A stretch of 64,000 nucleotides of DNA from an uncultured Methanosarcinaceae archaeon. Its GTDB lineage: Archaea > Halobacteriota > Methanosarcinia > Methanosarcinales > Methanosarcinaceae. Numbering within the stretch: position 1 is the stretch's first letter; the number at the start of each line of letters is the position of its first letter. Of the stretch, positions 1-11,229 are shown piece by piece. Below the pieces are notes generated by a model that was not told the origin of the DNA, did no database searches, and was given only the letters and a program-made list of their open reading frames with translations. The stretch covers positions 352,001 to 416,000 of the forward strand of contig CAVTET010000001.1 of assembly GCA_963733675.1 (NCBI GenBank). The letters run 5' to 3'. The position numbers were made by a program, and so were the translations under genes.

Positions 1-82
1 GACGGAGTAGAATCCGTGTCTATTTAACTAGTCACAGATTCCTATGTAATATTTATCAAGTATCAGAATTTCCGGCTTTAAT

Positions 83-606
83 TTATTCTACAATTCTTAG
101 GACCCTCTTCCAAGTCTCAACTCCTCTAGGATCAAAATGTCTTTCAGGGTATTTGATGACATCAGATTCCGTTTTAATAGAATTTTCGGGCCCCAAAACT
201 AAGGTAGACGCTTCTGTCATTAACTCTTGAGCTTTCAAAATAATCTCATCTGCCTCTACTTCATCGCATTCGATCAGAATTGCGTCATGGATAGGAGCAA
301 TGATTTTGAGATTATTCTCTACAAAAAGGATACAAGCAACTCTGAAAATTTCCCCACCTGTTGCATGACACGGAAAGTTTTTGATCGTCCTCCCTATTTC
401 TTTTCCCCACCAAAAATGTGCATTTGCCAGCCAAAACAGGTTGTGATTCGTTTAAACAACAGGCTTGTGTCTAAAACATGCTCACACCAGTCCCAATATG
501 TTTTATAAATTCGTTTATGGTGCCTTAGTAGTTCTTTCGCGTATGGAGTAGATTTACCTACACGCAAAGCCAAACTATCTGGCCCCATCCCGTATTGAAC
601 TCCTGA
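83..606 (-). pseudogene. C-terminal remnant of a family-A (PolA/phage-type) DNA polymerase, frameshifted and 5'-truncated
   Basis: Minus strand reads GVQYGMGPDSLA (motif B YG) ...FGWQMHI. After a frameshift near 395 it reads RTIKNFPCHATGGEIFR...IIAPIHDAILIEC (motif C HD) ...KRVLRIVE* (stop 83-85). Confidence 0.75.
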
Positions 607-1634
607 TGCTCTATATTTCTAATAATATTAAAGCGTTGATCGAGTTATCAATGGTATTAGGTAAACTATTAATAATATTGGCAGTAGACGTGATATGAAC
701 TTTTTTGACTTACTTACATCAAGGGGCGTATAAGAGCTTTACAAGATCAAAAAACTGAGATTTTTTAATTTAAGTAAATGGGGGAGGTTAAGCCTAGCTC
801 TATTATAGTGAAACGATTGTACAAAAGTAAATTCACAAAAATAATTTTTCTTGAAGAGTAAACACAGGCAAATAAAGTTACTTTCAAGCTTATTTATTGA
901 TTAATGACTATAGATTAAAGAAAGATAAATTTTTTAAAAAGTATATTTAATAAGTATAAGTTATCTTTATTTCTTCCAATTTAAATATTAAATGCAATTC
1001 ATATTCTAATAAAATGAAGTTCGTTGTTCTCCAGAAATATATTTTCATAATTATGAATCGGTTTCTTTATATTCTTTATAATACTCTTTTATTATAAAGC
1101 TCAAAACTTTTTAATTGAATTCGGATATTATCATGCCTTAGATGCTTGATTATTTTTGAGATCAATTTATGTTTAACGTAATTTAAGGTTTTTAAATTCA
1201 TTTTTAATATATACAACTTTAAATAGTATGAGTACATTATTGATTGTTGGAGATGAATAACCTTCTAATTATATACGTATACAGGTTTTAATTGCTAAAA
1301 CTATACTGATCGTCCAACAAATATCATAAAGCGAGTTCTAGTAGTCAGTTATGAATCTATTGTAAGGCTTGTATTTAATTATCGGTCGTTGGGCTGAAAA
1401 CGGAAAAAATTATTTACAAAGTAAAAAGGCTTTTTATTCTCTTCAAAACGGCAAAGGTGTCGTATAAATCTGCATACAATACACATATTTATCAATTGTT
1501 GTCAGCTTTAAAGGTAATTTTAAAAGCATAAGATGCTTATTAAAGCATAATTTGAGGATATAAATAATGTTACCATGGTATTTTATTTAGCTGACAAACT
1601 TATCTACTAAACTAAAAGTATAAAAGGGGTTATC

Positions 1635-2033
1635 ATGAAAGACTATGAAGTAAAAGTGCTGGACGAAAACGACCACATTTTTATTGAAACATTGAGGAAT
1701 CTCGGGATGTCAAGAAATGTCGCTACAACTATGGCATATCTCATGAATGTGAACGAAGCTTCATCCCGTGAAATTGAAATCAGTACTGGATTAAGGCAAC
1801 CCGAAGTTAGTCTTGCGATGAGGTTAATGCGTAACCAGTCCTGGGTCAGTGTACGTTCAGAAAAAAAGCCGGGAAAAGGGAGACCGATTAAGATTTATGC
1901 TCTTGCGGCTCCGGTTGACGAGATCATAAGCTATTATGAGGATAAGATTTACAAAGAATCTCAGGCAACCATATCAGCAATTAAGAAGCTGAAGGTAATG
2001 AGCAAAAAGGTGCCTCTAACTCCCTCAAAGTAA
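1635..2033 (+). CDS. Winged-helix transcriptional regulator (Methanosarcinales UCP037373/COG4738-like)
   Basis: 132 aa; SSREIEISTGLRQPEVSLAM helix-turn-helix and GKGRPIKIY wing; GGGGT RBS upstream. Confidence 0.8.
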   Translation: MKDYEVKVLDENDHIFIETLRNLGMSRNVATTMAYLMNVNEASSREIEISTGLRQPEVSLAMRLMRNQSWVSVRSEKKPGKGRPIKIYALAAPVDEIISYYEDKIYKESQATISAIKKLKVMSKKVPLTPSK

Positions 2034-2053
2034 AGACTTTCGAACAAGTTAGC

Positions 2054-2098
2054 TCCATAATGGCTGAAAATTCTTTTCGGAAATTCAACCATTATGGA
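2054..2098 (+). terminator. Hairpin downstream of the regulator gene
   Basis: TCCATAATGGCTGAA...TTCAACCATTATGGA inverted repeat about 20 bp after the stop codon. Confidence 0.5.
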
Positions 2099-2108
2099 AT
2101 AAATTTCT

Positions 2109-2962
2109 GGTTCCGTTGCAAAAAATTCAAAAAAATATATAAATCTATAGGTAATGAATAAAAATCAGAATATTCAAAGAAAATGCACTAACATTATAAA
2201 ACTATACCAAACAATTGATTAATGTATTTGACTTCATTAAGAACAGAGTAATTTAGATCATTTACTTGTCCTTTTTTGATCATATTCATAGCTTCAATTC
2301 CTTTTAAAGTCTTATTAGCAGATTGAAAAGACTGAAATCCTAACATTGGATTAACGATTCGCTTTATAAATCTATGATCTTGTTCTATAATGTTATTCAA
2401 ATACTTGATTTGTCTAATGCCTACGTTTTTAGGTAGTATTTTATCATTTTTCAGTTTACTTATAGCAGGTGGATAAGCTGGATTCTTATCAACTGTTATT
2501 ACTCTTGGAATTTGATTATGATTAGAACTCAAAGCTTTCTTAAAAAATCTCTTCGCTGCATTTCGATTTCGTTTTGCACTTAACATGAAATCAATTGTAT
2601 CTCCATTTGAGTCAACTGCTCGGTAAAAATATTTCCATTTACTTTTTATTTTGATATAGGTTTCATCAACTTTCCACGAATAGTTTGTTAGTCTTAAATG
2701 TCTTCTTATCTTCTTTTCTAGTTCAGGGGAATATTGATGTACCCATCTCATTATAGTACTGTGATCAACTTGAAATCCTCTTTCTATCATCATTTCCTTT
2801 AAATTTCTATAGCTCAATGGATATTTTAAGTACCATCTTACATTCAATAGGATAATTTCTCCTTCATAATGCTTCCATTTAAAGGAATTAGATAGCATAT
2901 TACTATCTTTGGTTTTCGTTTTATTCTATTGTATCATTAGAAAGGATTTTTGCAACGGAACC
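2109..2962 (-). mobile_element. IS6-family insertion sequence, copy 1
   Basis: TIRs GGTTCCGTTGCAAAAA at both ends; about 855 bp; no flanking TSD. Confidence 0.95.
2194..2898 (-). CDS. IS6-family DDE transposase
   Basis: 234 aa; VDETYIK, YRAVD, TVDKNPAY and NNIIEQDHR motifs. Confidence 0.95.
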   Translation of the reverse strand: MLSNSFKWKHYEGEIILLNVRWYLKYPLSYRNLKEMMIERGFQVDHSTIMRWVHQYSPELEKKIRRHLRLTNYSWKVDETYIKIKSKWKYFYRAVDSNGDTIDFMLSAKRNRNAAKRFFKKALSSNHNQIPRVITVDKNPAYPPAISKLKNDKILPKNVGIRQIKYLNNIIEQDHRFIKRIVNPMLGFQSFQSANKTLKGIEAMNMIKKGQVNDLNYSVLNEVKYINQLFGIVL

Positions 2963-3281
2963 CTTATTCTTTTGTCCTTCGTTGAATTAATGGAAGGAAT
3001 AGTTTTACTGCCAAATATTCTTTTTTTATTTTTTTCATTGATGCATGGGTTTTAATGTAAAACCTACGTATTTCTCGATGTAAATTCTCCATTAATATTT
3101 TATTCACTAGTATCTGTTCACAAACTGGAAATATAGAAAAACACATACGTATTTAATTTTTAGTAAGTAAGTTTTTTCCAGTCGAATTTGTTTTTACGTT
3201 TGCATCAGATACTAAATATTGTCTCATTTTCATGATTTAATTAGTCGCAATCGAGATAGTTGACGAAACAATAGTTTATTT

Positions 3282-3599
3282 TTACCAACCTTGCTCGGCT
3301 ACGACAACCTGTGGAAGATAATTCAAGGCCTCGTTCCACGCGCATCCATAAGGGCCGCAAATGACGTCGCTATCCCCGCTCATTCCATAAGGAGCTGGTG
3401 GATAAAATCCGAACCCAGGTCCTCCCCAGCCACCATTACCATAACCACCGTTACCATGACTATGATCACCATGACCACTGTAACCACGATCACCAGAACC
3501 AGAAGCTGCGCTCGCTGACACTGTTATTAATGGCACTACTGCAAAGACTAACACTAGAATGCCAAGTATTTTTATTCTATCATAATTTTGTTTCTCCAT
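3282..3599 (-). CDS. Small secreted Gly/His-rich protein
   Basis: Signal peptide MEKQNYDRIKILGILVLVFAVVPLITVSASA, then GHGDHSHGNGGYGNGGWGG and a CGPYGC motif; AGGAG upstream. The ORF track starts at GTG 3611; ATG 3599 is more likely. Confidence 0.6.
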   Translation of the reverse strand: MEKQNYDRIKILGILVLVFAVVPLITVSASAASGSGDRGYSGHGDHSHGNGGYGNGGWGGPGFGFYPPAPYGMSGDSDVICGPYGCAWNEALNYLPQVVVAEQGW

Positions 3600-4047
3600 A
3601 TTTGTATACACTCCTAACTTGCTTCAACTTCAGATTATTTTTTAAGGCTGTTATTTTTTCCACTTACTTCCAATCGGCAAATCACTGGTAAACACTGTTA
3701 TAAGTCTAAATAGTTCAGTTCTACAAAAATAAATTAAATAAGTAAATAAACAATCACATTTGATTATTCAAAGTGATATATAATTCTATATCTACACAAT
3801 AGATCATATTTAAGTAATAGTTTATAATATGTAGTGAATAATAACTTAGAAACTAAAGTAAATTGAAATAATGGTTGACTTAAAATAAAATGAGTAATAT
3901 TGTTTTAAACCTAATAACATAAAATATGAAAAAAATAAAGAAAAATGTTAAATATGAAGTCTTTATACATTCATATGTCTATCCAAAAGATATCGAAAAA
4001 TACAAAAATCTGAAATTAGCCATCGAACCTATGGTGATCTAATTCCG

Positions 4048-4197
4048 GGTTCCATTGCAAAAAATCTGGCTTTCTTGCAAAATCAGAAAAAACCTTCACA
4101 ATTAGGAAAGTTAATCATTTTCATTAGAAAGAAAATGATACCTAAAGGTGAAAATTATAATGTCAAATTGCAGAAATATTATTTTTGCAACGGAACC
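4048..4197 (+). mobile_element. 150-bp IS6-derived MITE (MITE-A), copy 1
   Basis: IS6 TIRs GGTTCC(A/G)TTGCAAAAA; flanks TAATTCCG / GAATTCCG (8-bp TSD, 1 mismatch). Confidence 0.9.
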
Positions 4198-4479
4198 GAA
4201 TTCCGTATCTATAGTTCAGACAGCTGCAAGTTTCAGGTTTCTAAAACAAAATACCACGTTTTATAGAAGGATTTTCACTCCGTTCTTTCAATCTACTCTT
4301 TTTCAAATTGGCGCAATGTTAAGCCTACTCTATTAATGATATATCCAATTTTCGTGCATGCAGCAAATCCAAATATTTAATCAAGTAATTGAGTCTTTTT
4401 AGAACCAATGCTCTCATTTCCGTCCTAAAAAAATTCAAATTTGGATCATCATGATCCAAAACGCGATTAATTTGTTAGT

Positions 4480-5171
4480 GTTTAGTTGCCTTCTTTTCAA
4501 TGAAATACACGAGACTGTCACTAACTATCACGCCGAGTACTGCAGACAAAATGTATCCTACAGAAGATACAAGCTTCGAATCTTTAAAAGAAGGGAGTTG
4601 GGGATGTTATAATCCTGCAGTGGTGCATGCCAGAGGTCAGAGAGCTCTTCCAACCCATGTGGCACAAACCCAATTCTGTCCTTAAGCTCATCTGGTGCCA
4701 TTCACCATATGCAGTGCCTGCTGCAAAAACCTAAAGGCGCAAAAATTATCAATAATATCAGACCGATAGATAGATTTCTTACCATCTTATACACATTCTC
4801 ACCTCAGATTGTGACTCCAAACATAATTTTATTCATTTCCGCGTTATATTTCTTTCAATAAAATACAGATGTATCCGCTGGATATATGCAAAAATAATTA
4901 TGATGATCACTGCCTCAAGAGTGCCGAATGCTAAAGCGTGTTCAAGTACCATGGTAGGAATAGTTACATTCAAGTGATATGGCATCTAAAATAGGAATCT
5001 TTTAGCGGTGTGCTCTATAATTGGCTGTATCCCTAATTCAAAACCCGCACATAACGCTCCCATGGTCAGGGAAATCCAGCCGGCTATGGCCGCAGCAATA
5101 ACTCTCATAGATGATGTAATAGCTGAATTTCCGCTGATAAACTTATAAGCATAGTAAGCAACAAAGGATAC
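4480..5171 (-). pseudogene. Decayed ECF-type Ni/Co transporter cbiM/nikM C-terminus plus PDGLE-domain (NikN-like) gene
   Basis: AAAIAGWISLTMGALCAGFELGIQP (CbiM/NikM) and GTAYGEW / FVPHGLEELSDLWHAPLQDYNIP (PDGLE); several frameshifts; 5' end cut off by MITE-A copy 2. Confidence 0.75.
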
Positions 5172-5321
5172 GGTTCCGTTGCAAAAATAATATTTCTGCA
5201 TTTTGACATTATAATTTTCACCTTTATGTATCATTTTCTTTCTAATGAAAATGATTAACTTTCCTAATTGTGAAGGTTTTTTCTGATTTTGCAAGAAAGC
5301 CAGATTTTTTGCAACGGAACC
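5172..5321 (-). mobile_element. MITE-A copy 2
   Basis: Near-identical to 5844-5993 in reverse orientation; no TSD; joins two unrelated gene fragments. Confidence 0.9.
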
Positions 5322-5605
5322 ATTAAACCTAATTGAGCAAGAAATTTTTAAACTCCATACCCCATCACTTGATTCAAAGCCTAGCTTTTTTCCTTCCACT
5401 ATTAACGAATTAGTAACATTAATTGCATCTATTTCTGGTTTAATTGTGACTATTTCTGGTTTAATTTCAGCAATCAAAAAATGATATTCACATCATATTT
5501 TTTAATTTTTTAGTTTTGCCATAATTTCCATCAAGGTTTTTTGGGATTTAGAGTCCAAATAGCTTCTTCTGATTTTCTAAAACAGTATTTATTTACCGGT
5601 TTCGT

Positions 5606-5764
5606 CAAAATTAATCCTCGAATAAATACCAATTTTTTGTATAAACTGAAGAATAAATCCCAAAATTAATTCGATTTATTCAGTAAAAATCCAAATAATA
5701 TCGAATTAAATCGATTAATTAGCATAAAAAAACTATAATTAGCGAAAAATCATCGAATAAATCG
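5606..5764. repeat. Cluster of (TC)GAATAAATC(G) motifs, direct and inverted
   Basis: Copies at about 5618, 5651, 5671 (inverted), 5701 and 5753; CAAAATTAAT occurs twice. Confidence 0.45.
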
Positions 5765-5843
5765 CTACAGCCCCCAATTACACGGAAACCATTATTATCT
5801 CTTTTATGATCTCTATCACGATCCCTATACGGTTACCAAATTG

Positions 5844-5993
5844 GGTTCCGTTGCAAAAAATCTGGCTTTCTTGCAAAATCAGAAAAAACCTTCACAATTA
5901 GGAAAGTTAATCATTTTCATTAGAAAGAAAATGATACATAAAGGTGAAAATTATAATGTCAAAATGCAGAAATATTATTTTTGCAACGGAACC
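5844..5993 (+). mobile_element. MITE-A copy 3
   Basis: Perfect TIRs; perfect 8-bp TSD CCAAATTG (5836-5843 and 5994-6001). Confidence 0.95.
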
Positions 5994-6600
5994 CCAAATT
6001 GTCTCCCAAATATGTGATCTAAATTCCCATAGCCAGCAAAATTCACATAAATCACTTTGGCGACTCTAAGATCGATTTTATGTAGACTAAAATACTTCTT
6101 ATTGCCATTAAATAATAATATTACCTTGGGCCTATCAGTAACCTATCCATTTTTGTTTTAGTAGCCGCCGCCTATTTGACATGGTGGCTACAAATTTGAT
6201 GGGAAGACCTAAATACTAAGCTATTTGGTGCCTTTTTAGGATTGAAATATTGGAAGTTTAATGAATCAGGTACTCAATGCTAAGGTGGACAAATTATGGG
6301 ATTGAAAAAGTTTAATTTTTAAAAACAAATAAGCCTAATATAATCCTAATACTTTCAGACAAAGAAAGGATCTTAAAACTAGGTTTTTTGGAAAGTTATA
6401 TTTTGTTATCTTGATATTTCAATTGATATTTTAGTAAAATATGTCAAATTTAGGATATTTCTATTAGTAATATCAGAACTTTACTAGATGAAGCAAAGTA
6501 TAAATATTACAAAGTTTTAATGTTTATTCATGTTGCAAATCTTTTACTAATTTTACTGAATCCATAAGCAACGATATAAGTTAAACTGGGGATAAGTATA

Positions 6601-6660
6601 TTTATATATTATACATATTAACTATTGGTTAGTGTCAATTACATACTAACTCACAGTCAG
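6601..6660 (+). promoter_or_regulatory. TATA box plus two HSR1-type operator boxes
   Basis: TTTATATA at 6601; TTAAC-N5-GTTAG at 6618-6632 and CTAAC-N5-GTCAG at 6646-6660, each one mismatch from the Archaeoglobus HSR1 motif CTAAC-N5-GTTAG. Confidence 0.7.
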
Positions 6661-6820
6661 TTTCCTGGCCAGAGTTTTCAAGGGATTTTTGTAACCCTGT
6701 TAGTATTTATTTAAAAGATTAATGATTATTAAAATCAATTCGAAAGGCACCATTAAGGTCAAAATTCGATATTGTTGCCAAAATACTCCATAAGATTTTA
6801 ACAAGTAATGTAGGGGGAAA

Positions 6821-7513
6821 ATGGATCCAGCGAAATTACTTGATATTCTGGGAAATGAGAATCGCAGGAAGATTATTCAGCTTCTTGCAAACCGCCCCTG
6901 CTATGTAAGTGAAATATCGAGCAGACTGGGAGTAGGGCCAAAAGCTATAATAAGTCATCTGAATCTGCTTGAACAAGCAGGGTTAATAGAGTATAGCGTT
7001 GACGAACAGAGGCGCAAGTACTTCAATATCGCAAATAACATGCGACTCGAAGTTTCAGTCTCACCATACTCCTATAACGTGACACTTCAAGACATTGCTC
7101 TTGACAGGGAGGTAATAGGAGAATCTTATGTAGCTGAGAAGAAGGAGGTTACTGCAATAGAAGACTCATCCTTTTTCTTCCTGAAATTGAGCGGCAGACT
7201 TCATGAACTGAATAAAAGGCAGAAGGAGCTTGCACAGATGCAGAAGCATCTCCAGGTCGAGTACACAGAAATGATGAACCTCTGCATGGATTCAATTGAA
7301 GAGATCGCCAAAAACCCTGTAGAATGCGAACTTCTTTTTGAGCTTCTAAAAAGTGAAACAACTCTAGCTACCCTATGCTACAATCTGCGCCTGCACCCGA
7401 GCATTATCAATGCTAATCTGATAGACCTTGCAGAGAGAGGATTTATTGAGTATAGTATTAAAAATAATCAACACTATTGGCGACTATGTGAGACTGGAGC
7501 TGAGAATAAATGA
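6821..7513 (+). CDS. ArsR-family archaeal heat-shock repressor (HSR1/Phr-like)
   Basis: [28 protein letters not shown] winged HTH; stop overlaps the cdc48 start (ATGA). Confidence 0.85.
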   Translation: MDPAKLLDILGNENRRKIIQLLANRPCYVSEISSRLGVGPKAIISHLNLLEQAGLIEYSVDEQRRKYFNIANNMRLEVSVSPYSYNVTLQDIALDREVIGESYVAEKKEVTAIEDSSFFFLKLSGRLHELNKRQKELAQMQKHLQVEYTEMMNLCMDSIEEIAKNPVECELLFELLKSETTLATLCYNLRLHPSIINANLIDLAERGFIEYSIKNNQHYWRLCETGAENK

Positions 7514-9732
7514 TTGAAGAAACCAATCTGAGAGTAACTGAAGCTTATCACAAAGACGTAGGCAGGGGAATTGCAAGAATAGATACTCGGCTGATGCAGC
7601 AGATGGGGCTGATAAGCGGAGATATAATTGAAATCTTAGGCAAAGCAAAAACTTATGCAATCGTCTGGCCAAACGTAGAACGAGAACAGGAAAATAGGAT
7701 TCGAATAGATGGAAACCTGCGTAGCAATGCAAAAGTAGGGATTGACGACAGGGTCACGATTCAGAAAGTCCAGGCAAAACATGCTCAGAGGGTTACCCTA
7801 GCTCCTTTTCAGCCTGTAAGGCTTGTTGGAGGTGCCCACTATATCCTCAGAATTATTGAGGGAAGGCCTCTGAACAAAGGTCAACAAATAAGGGTGGAAA
7901 CTGTAAATAACCCCCTCACTTTCGTTGTGGCATCAACAAAACCTGCAGGTCCTGTGGTTGTCACCAAGGACACTGAAATTCTAATCAAGGAAAAAAATGT
8001 TGAAGAAATTAGGATTCAAGAAGGTATCTCATATGAGGATATAGGTGGGCTTAGGCGAGAAATTCAGCTTGTCAGGGAAATGATCGAGCTGCCACTGAGA
8101 CATCCTGAAATATTCCAGAAGCTTGGGATTGAACCTCCAAAAGGAGTTCTTCTTCACGGTCCTCCTGGAACGGGCAAGACATTGATCGCAAAGGCAGTTG
8201 CAAGTGAAACTGATGCAAACTTCATCACTATCAGCGGTCCTGAGATAGTTTCCAAATATTACGGAGAAAGCGAGCATAAGCTCCGTGAAATTTTTGAAGA
8301 AGCTGAAAAGGATGCACCTTCTATCATCTTCATAGATGAAATTGACTCTATAGCCCCTAAAAGGAGCGAAGTCACCGGAGAAATGGAACGTAGGGTAGTC
8401 GCTCAGCTGCTCTCATTGATGGATGGGCTAAAGACCCGGGGTCAAGTAGTTGTAATTGCTGCTACAAACCGACCTAATTCAATAGATGAAGCTCTTCGCC
8501 GTGGCGGAAGATTTGATCGGGAGATAGAGATCGGCATTCCTGATAGAAATGGCAGGAAGCAGATTCTTCTCATTCACACCAGAGGCATGCCAATCGAACA
8601 AGATGTAAGCCTTGGTGAAATTGCCGATGTAACTCACGGATTTGTGGGAGCTGATTTATCATCTCTCTGTAAGGAAGCAGCAATGCATGCTCTAAGAAGG
8701 ATTACTCCTCAAATTGATATGGAAGAAGAAATCCCACAGGAAATCCTTGATAACCTTGAGGTTACAAAGGAGGACTTTAGAGAAGCTCTGAAGAACATCG
8801 AGCCTTCAGCCATGAGGGAGGTTTATGTTGAGGTTCCACATGTGGGCTGGGATGATATAGGTGGACTTGAAAAGGCAAAGCAAGAACTTATTGAGGCTGT
8901 AGAATGGCCCTTGAAGTACCCACAAATATTCAAAACTGTTAGTATAAAGCCCCCAAGAGGTGTATTACTTTTCGGACCACCTGGTACGGGCAAAACTCTG
9001 CTGGCAAAAGCTGTGGCCAGCGAAAGTGAGGCAAATTTTATCAGTATTAAAGGTCCAGAACTTCTCAGCAAGTACGTAGGTGAATCTGAACGTGCAATAA
9101 GAGAAACCTTCCGGAAAGCAAAACAAGCTGCGCCAACTGTAATTTTCTTTGACGAGATAGATTCAATTGCTCCCCAAAGAAGCTCTGTATCTGATACGCA
9201 TGTATCCGAAAGAGTCGTTAGCCAGATACTCACTGAGTTAGATGGGGTAGAAGAGCTCAAGGATGTAATCATAGTCGCGGCTACAAATCGGCCGGATATG
9301 GTAGATCCCGCCCTTCTCAGGCCTGGCCGTTTTGACCGACTCATTTATATTAAGCCTCCTGAAAAAGTGAGCAGAGAACAAATATTTGAAATCCATACAC
9401 GGGGAAAACCCCTTACTGAAGATGTGAAACTTTCTGAGCTTGCTGATCTCACCGAAGGATATGTAGGTGCTGATATTGGAAGCATCTGCAGGGAAGCTGC
9501 AATGTTAGCTCTCAGAGCGATAGTTACTCCTGGTATTGCACGGAAAGATATTGAGGAAAAGGCAAGAGAAGTCAAAATTTCGAAAAAACATTTTCAGCGG
9601 GCAATACGCCGTGTAAAGCCTACAACATCCAAGGAATCTCTTAAGATCTATGACCAAAGTACTGAAATTTTTGCTAAATATTCAACTGATCTCGAAGAAG
9701 AAGATTTCGAGGCTGGAGAGCAAGAAAAATAA
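7510..9732 (+). CDS. cdc48: CDC48/VCP-family AAA+ ATPase
   Basis: N-domain plus two AAA modules (GPPGTGKT twice, [27 protein letters not shown]). Confidence 0.95.
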   Translation: MIEETNLRVTEAYHKDVGRGIARIDTRLMQQMGLISGDIIEILGKAKTYAIVWPNVEREQENRIRIDGNLRSNAKVGIDDRVTIQKVQAKHAQRVTLAPFQPVRLVGGAHYILRIIEGRPLNKGQQIRVETVNNPLTFVVASTKPAGPVVVTKDTEILIKEKNVEEIRIQEGISYEDIGGLRREIQLVREMIELPLRHPEIFQKLGIEPPKGVLLHGPPGTGKTLIAKAVASETDANFITISGPEIVSKYYGESEHKLREIFEEAEKDAPSIIFIDEIDSIAPKRSEVTGEMERRVVAQLLSLMDGLKTRGQVVVIAATNRPNSIDEALRRGGRFDREIEIGIPDRNGRKQILLIHTRGMPIEQDVSLGEIADVTHGFVGADLSSLCKEAAMHALRRITPQIDMEEEIPQEILDNLEVTKEDFREALKNIEPSAMREVYVEVPHVGWDDIGGLEKAKQELIEAVEWPLKYPQIFKTVSIKPPRGVLLFGPPGTGKTLLAKAVASESEANFISIKGPELLSKYVGESERAIRETFRKAKQAAPTVIFFDEIDSIAPQRSSVSDTHVSERVVSQILTELDGVEELKDVIIVAATNRPDMVDPALLRPGRFDRLIYIKPPEKVSREQIFEIHTRGKPLTEDVKLSELADLTEGYVGADIGSICREAAMLALRAIVTPGIARKDIEEKAREVKISKKHFQRAIRRVKPTTSKESLKIYDQSTEIFAKYSTDLEEEDFEAGEQEK

Positions 9733-9906
9733 ATTGAACATAAATAATACTCTAAATCTACTTCAGGCTGATTAAACTTTATGCTAGAAAGTACAGTAAA
9801 TCTCAGCCTGTTCAGTTTTTGGAAGTTAAAGGAAGTACTCAAAGATATTTGTTGCTTCATCGATTCTGAATTGTAATGAATTAAAAATCGATAATTTAAT
9901 AACGAA

Positions 9907-10443
9907 GTGATGAAGATGGACAGAGACGAGAGAAAAAGAAGAATCTTTTTCGATAAAATTTTTGGAATCGATGCTCTTCAGGGCATGGACGAGATTTTTG
10001 ATTGCCTCAACAGGGTAATTGGTATAAACATAGAAAATTTTGGGCCGAATTCTTTTGTCTACGGCTTTTCTGTAACCCATAGACTAGAAGAAGGTCCCAA
10101 AGTCCGAGAATTCGGAAATATTCCTACATTTGAACAAATCGAAATAAGGGACAAACGTTATCTTGACATAAGAAAACCCCTCATTGATATCCTGGAAACT
10201 GAAGATACACTGCATGTGATCGCTGAAATACCGGGCATTGAGAAAGAAAATATTATATTAAACGCAACTGATTTAATACTTGACATCAAAACAATAGATG
10301 GGAATCCAAAATATTCCGAACTTGTGGAACTGCCCGTAAAGGTTGACCCCCTGAGTGCAAAAGCCACATATAAAAACGGCGTGCTGGAAGTAACTTTTAA
10401 GAGGCTAGAATCCAGTTCTCGATCCTCAATAGATATTGAGTAA
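9907..10443 (+). CDS. Archaeal small heat-shock protein Hsp20
   Basis: FVYGFS...REFGNI and an alpha-crystallin domain ending AKATYKNGVLEV. Confidence 0.9.
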   Translation: MMKMDRDERKRRIFFDKIFGIDALQGMDEIFDCLNRVIGINIENFGPNSFVYGFSVTHRLEEGPKVREFGNIPTFEQIEIRDKRYLDIRKPLIDILETEDTLHVIAEIPGIEKENIILNATDLILDIKTIDGNPKYSELVELPVKVDPLSAKATYKNGVLEVTFKRLESSSRSSIDIE

Positions 10444-10477
10444 TCTTTTGGGAGCGAGAGAAAAAGCAGAGGTAATA

Positions 10478-10975
10478 ATGGTGGGCATAAGAAGAAGAAA
10501 AGATTTCATTGAAGATTTTGGATCTGAACTTTTTGACAACTTGGAAGAAATAATTGAAACCCTCCTTGAAGAAATGGGAGAGTCTATTCCATTCGTATAC
10601 GGATTTTCCATTATTCATCGCCCAGGGGAAGATCTTGAATTCCAGAAGTTCGGAAATATTCCTGAATATTCTCAAAATGGAGAGAAGATCGTTCCCTCCG
10701 AAGTAAAAGATCCTTTAATTGATATTTTTGAAAACGAAGAATTAGTACATGTACTTGCAGAATTTCCAGAGATTAAAACGGAAGACATCCTTTTGCATGC
10801 GACTGCTCAAAACCTAGAAATAAATATCATCAGACCTTTCAAATATTCAGAAGACGTTGAGCTTCCAGTACGTGTGGATCCAAATAGTGCAAAAGCTAAC
10901 TATAAAAACGGAGTGCTTGAAGTTACCTTTAGACGTTGTGCTGAAGAAAGACCAGTTGAAATAAAAATTGATTGA
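10478..10975 (+). CDS. Archaeal small heat-shock protein Hsp20 (paralog)
   Basis: FVYGFS, AKANYKNGVLEV, C-terminal VEIKID; ATG 10478 follows GAGGT. Confidence 0.9.
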   Translation: MVGIRRRKDFIEDFGSELFDNLEEIIETLLEEMGESIPFVYGFSIIHRPGEDLEFQKFGNIPEYSQNGEKIVPSEVKDPLIDIFENEELVHVLAEFPEIKTEDILLHATAQNLEINIIRPFKYSEDVELPVRVDPNSAKANYKNGVLEVTFRRCAEERPVEIKID

Positions 10976-11229
10976 TAATTATTTTCAGGTAGCTTTGCGA
11001 AGAAACCGAAGCAACTGCTTAAAGATAAGATAATGATCATTCTTATGATGTTTTGGGATCAAAAAAGTAAGGTTATGAACATGTGACGAGTGGAACAACA
11101 AATATATTACCTGTGACAGTAGAATCCAAAGTAGAAAAAGAGTTACTCTGATCACCAAAAGAAAAATTATGACGGATTTTGCACAACAATGAAGATTCTA
11201 GCCATCAAAAATATCAGAAAGCATAAATA

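Noticed and set aside
394-396. TAG in the PolA fragment as a possible pyrrolysine codon
   Set aside because: Readthrough stays in the wrong frame; the polymerase motifs need a frameshift.
4075-4336. ORFs 4075-4266 and 4148-4336
   Set aside because: They start inside MITE-A and have no independent gene signal.
6161-6191. GTAGCCGCC...GGTGGCTAC hairpin as an sRNA or tRNA piece
   Set aside because: A single short stem, with no cloverleaf or other support.
7149-9575. Antisense ORFs over hsr/cdc48 (likewise over uvr, pyc, wecB and nadX)
   Set aside because: Shadow frames of well-supported genes.
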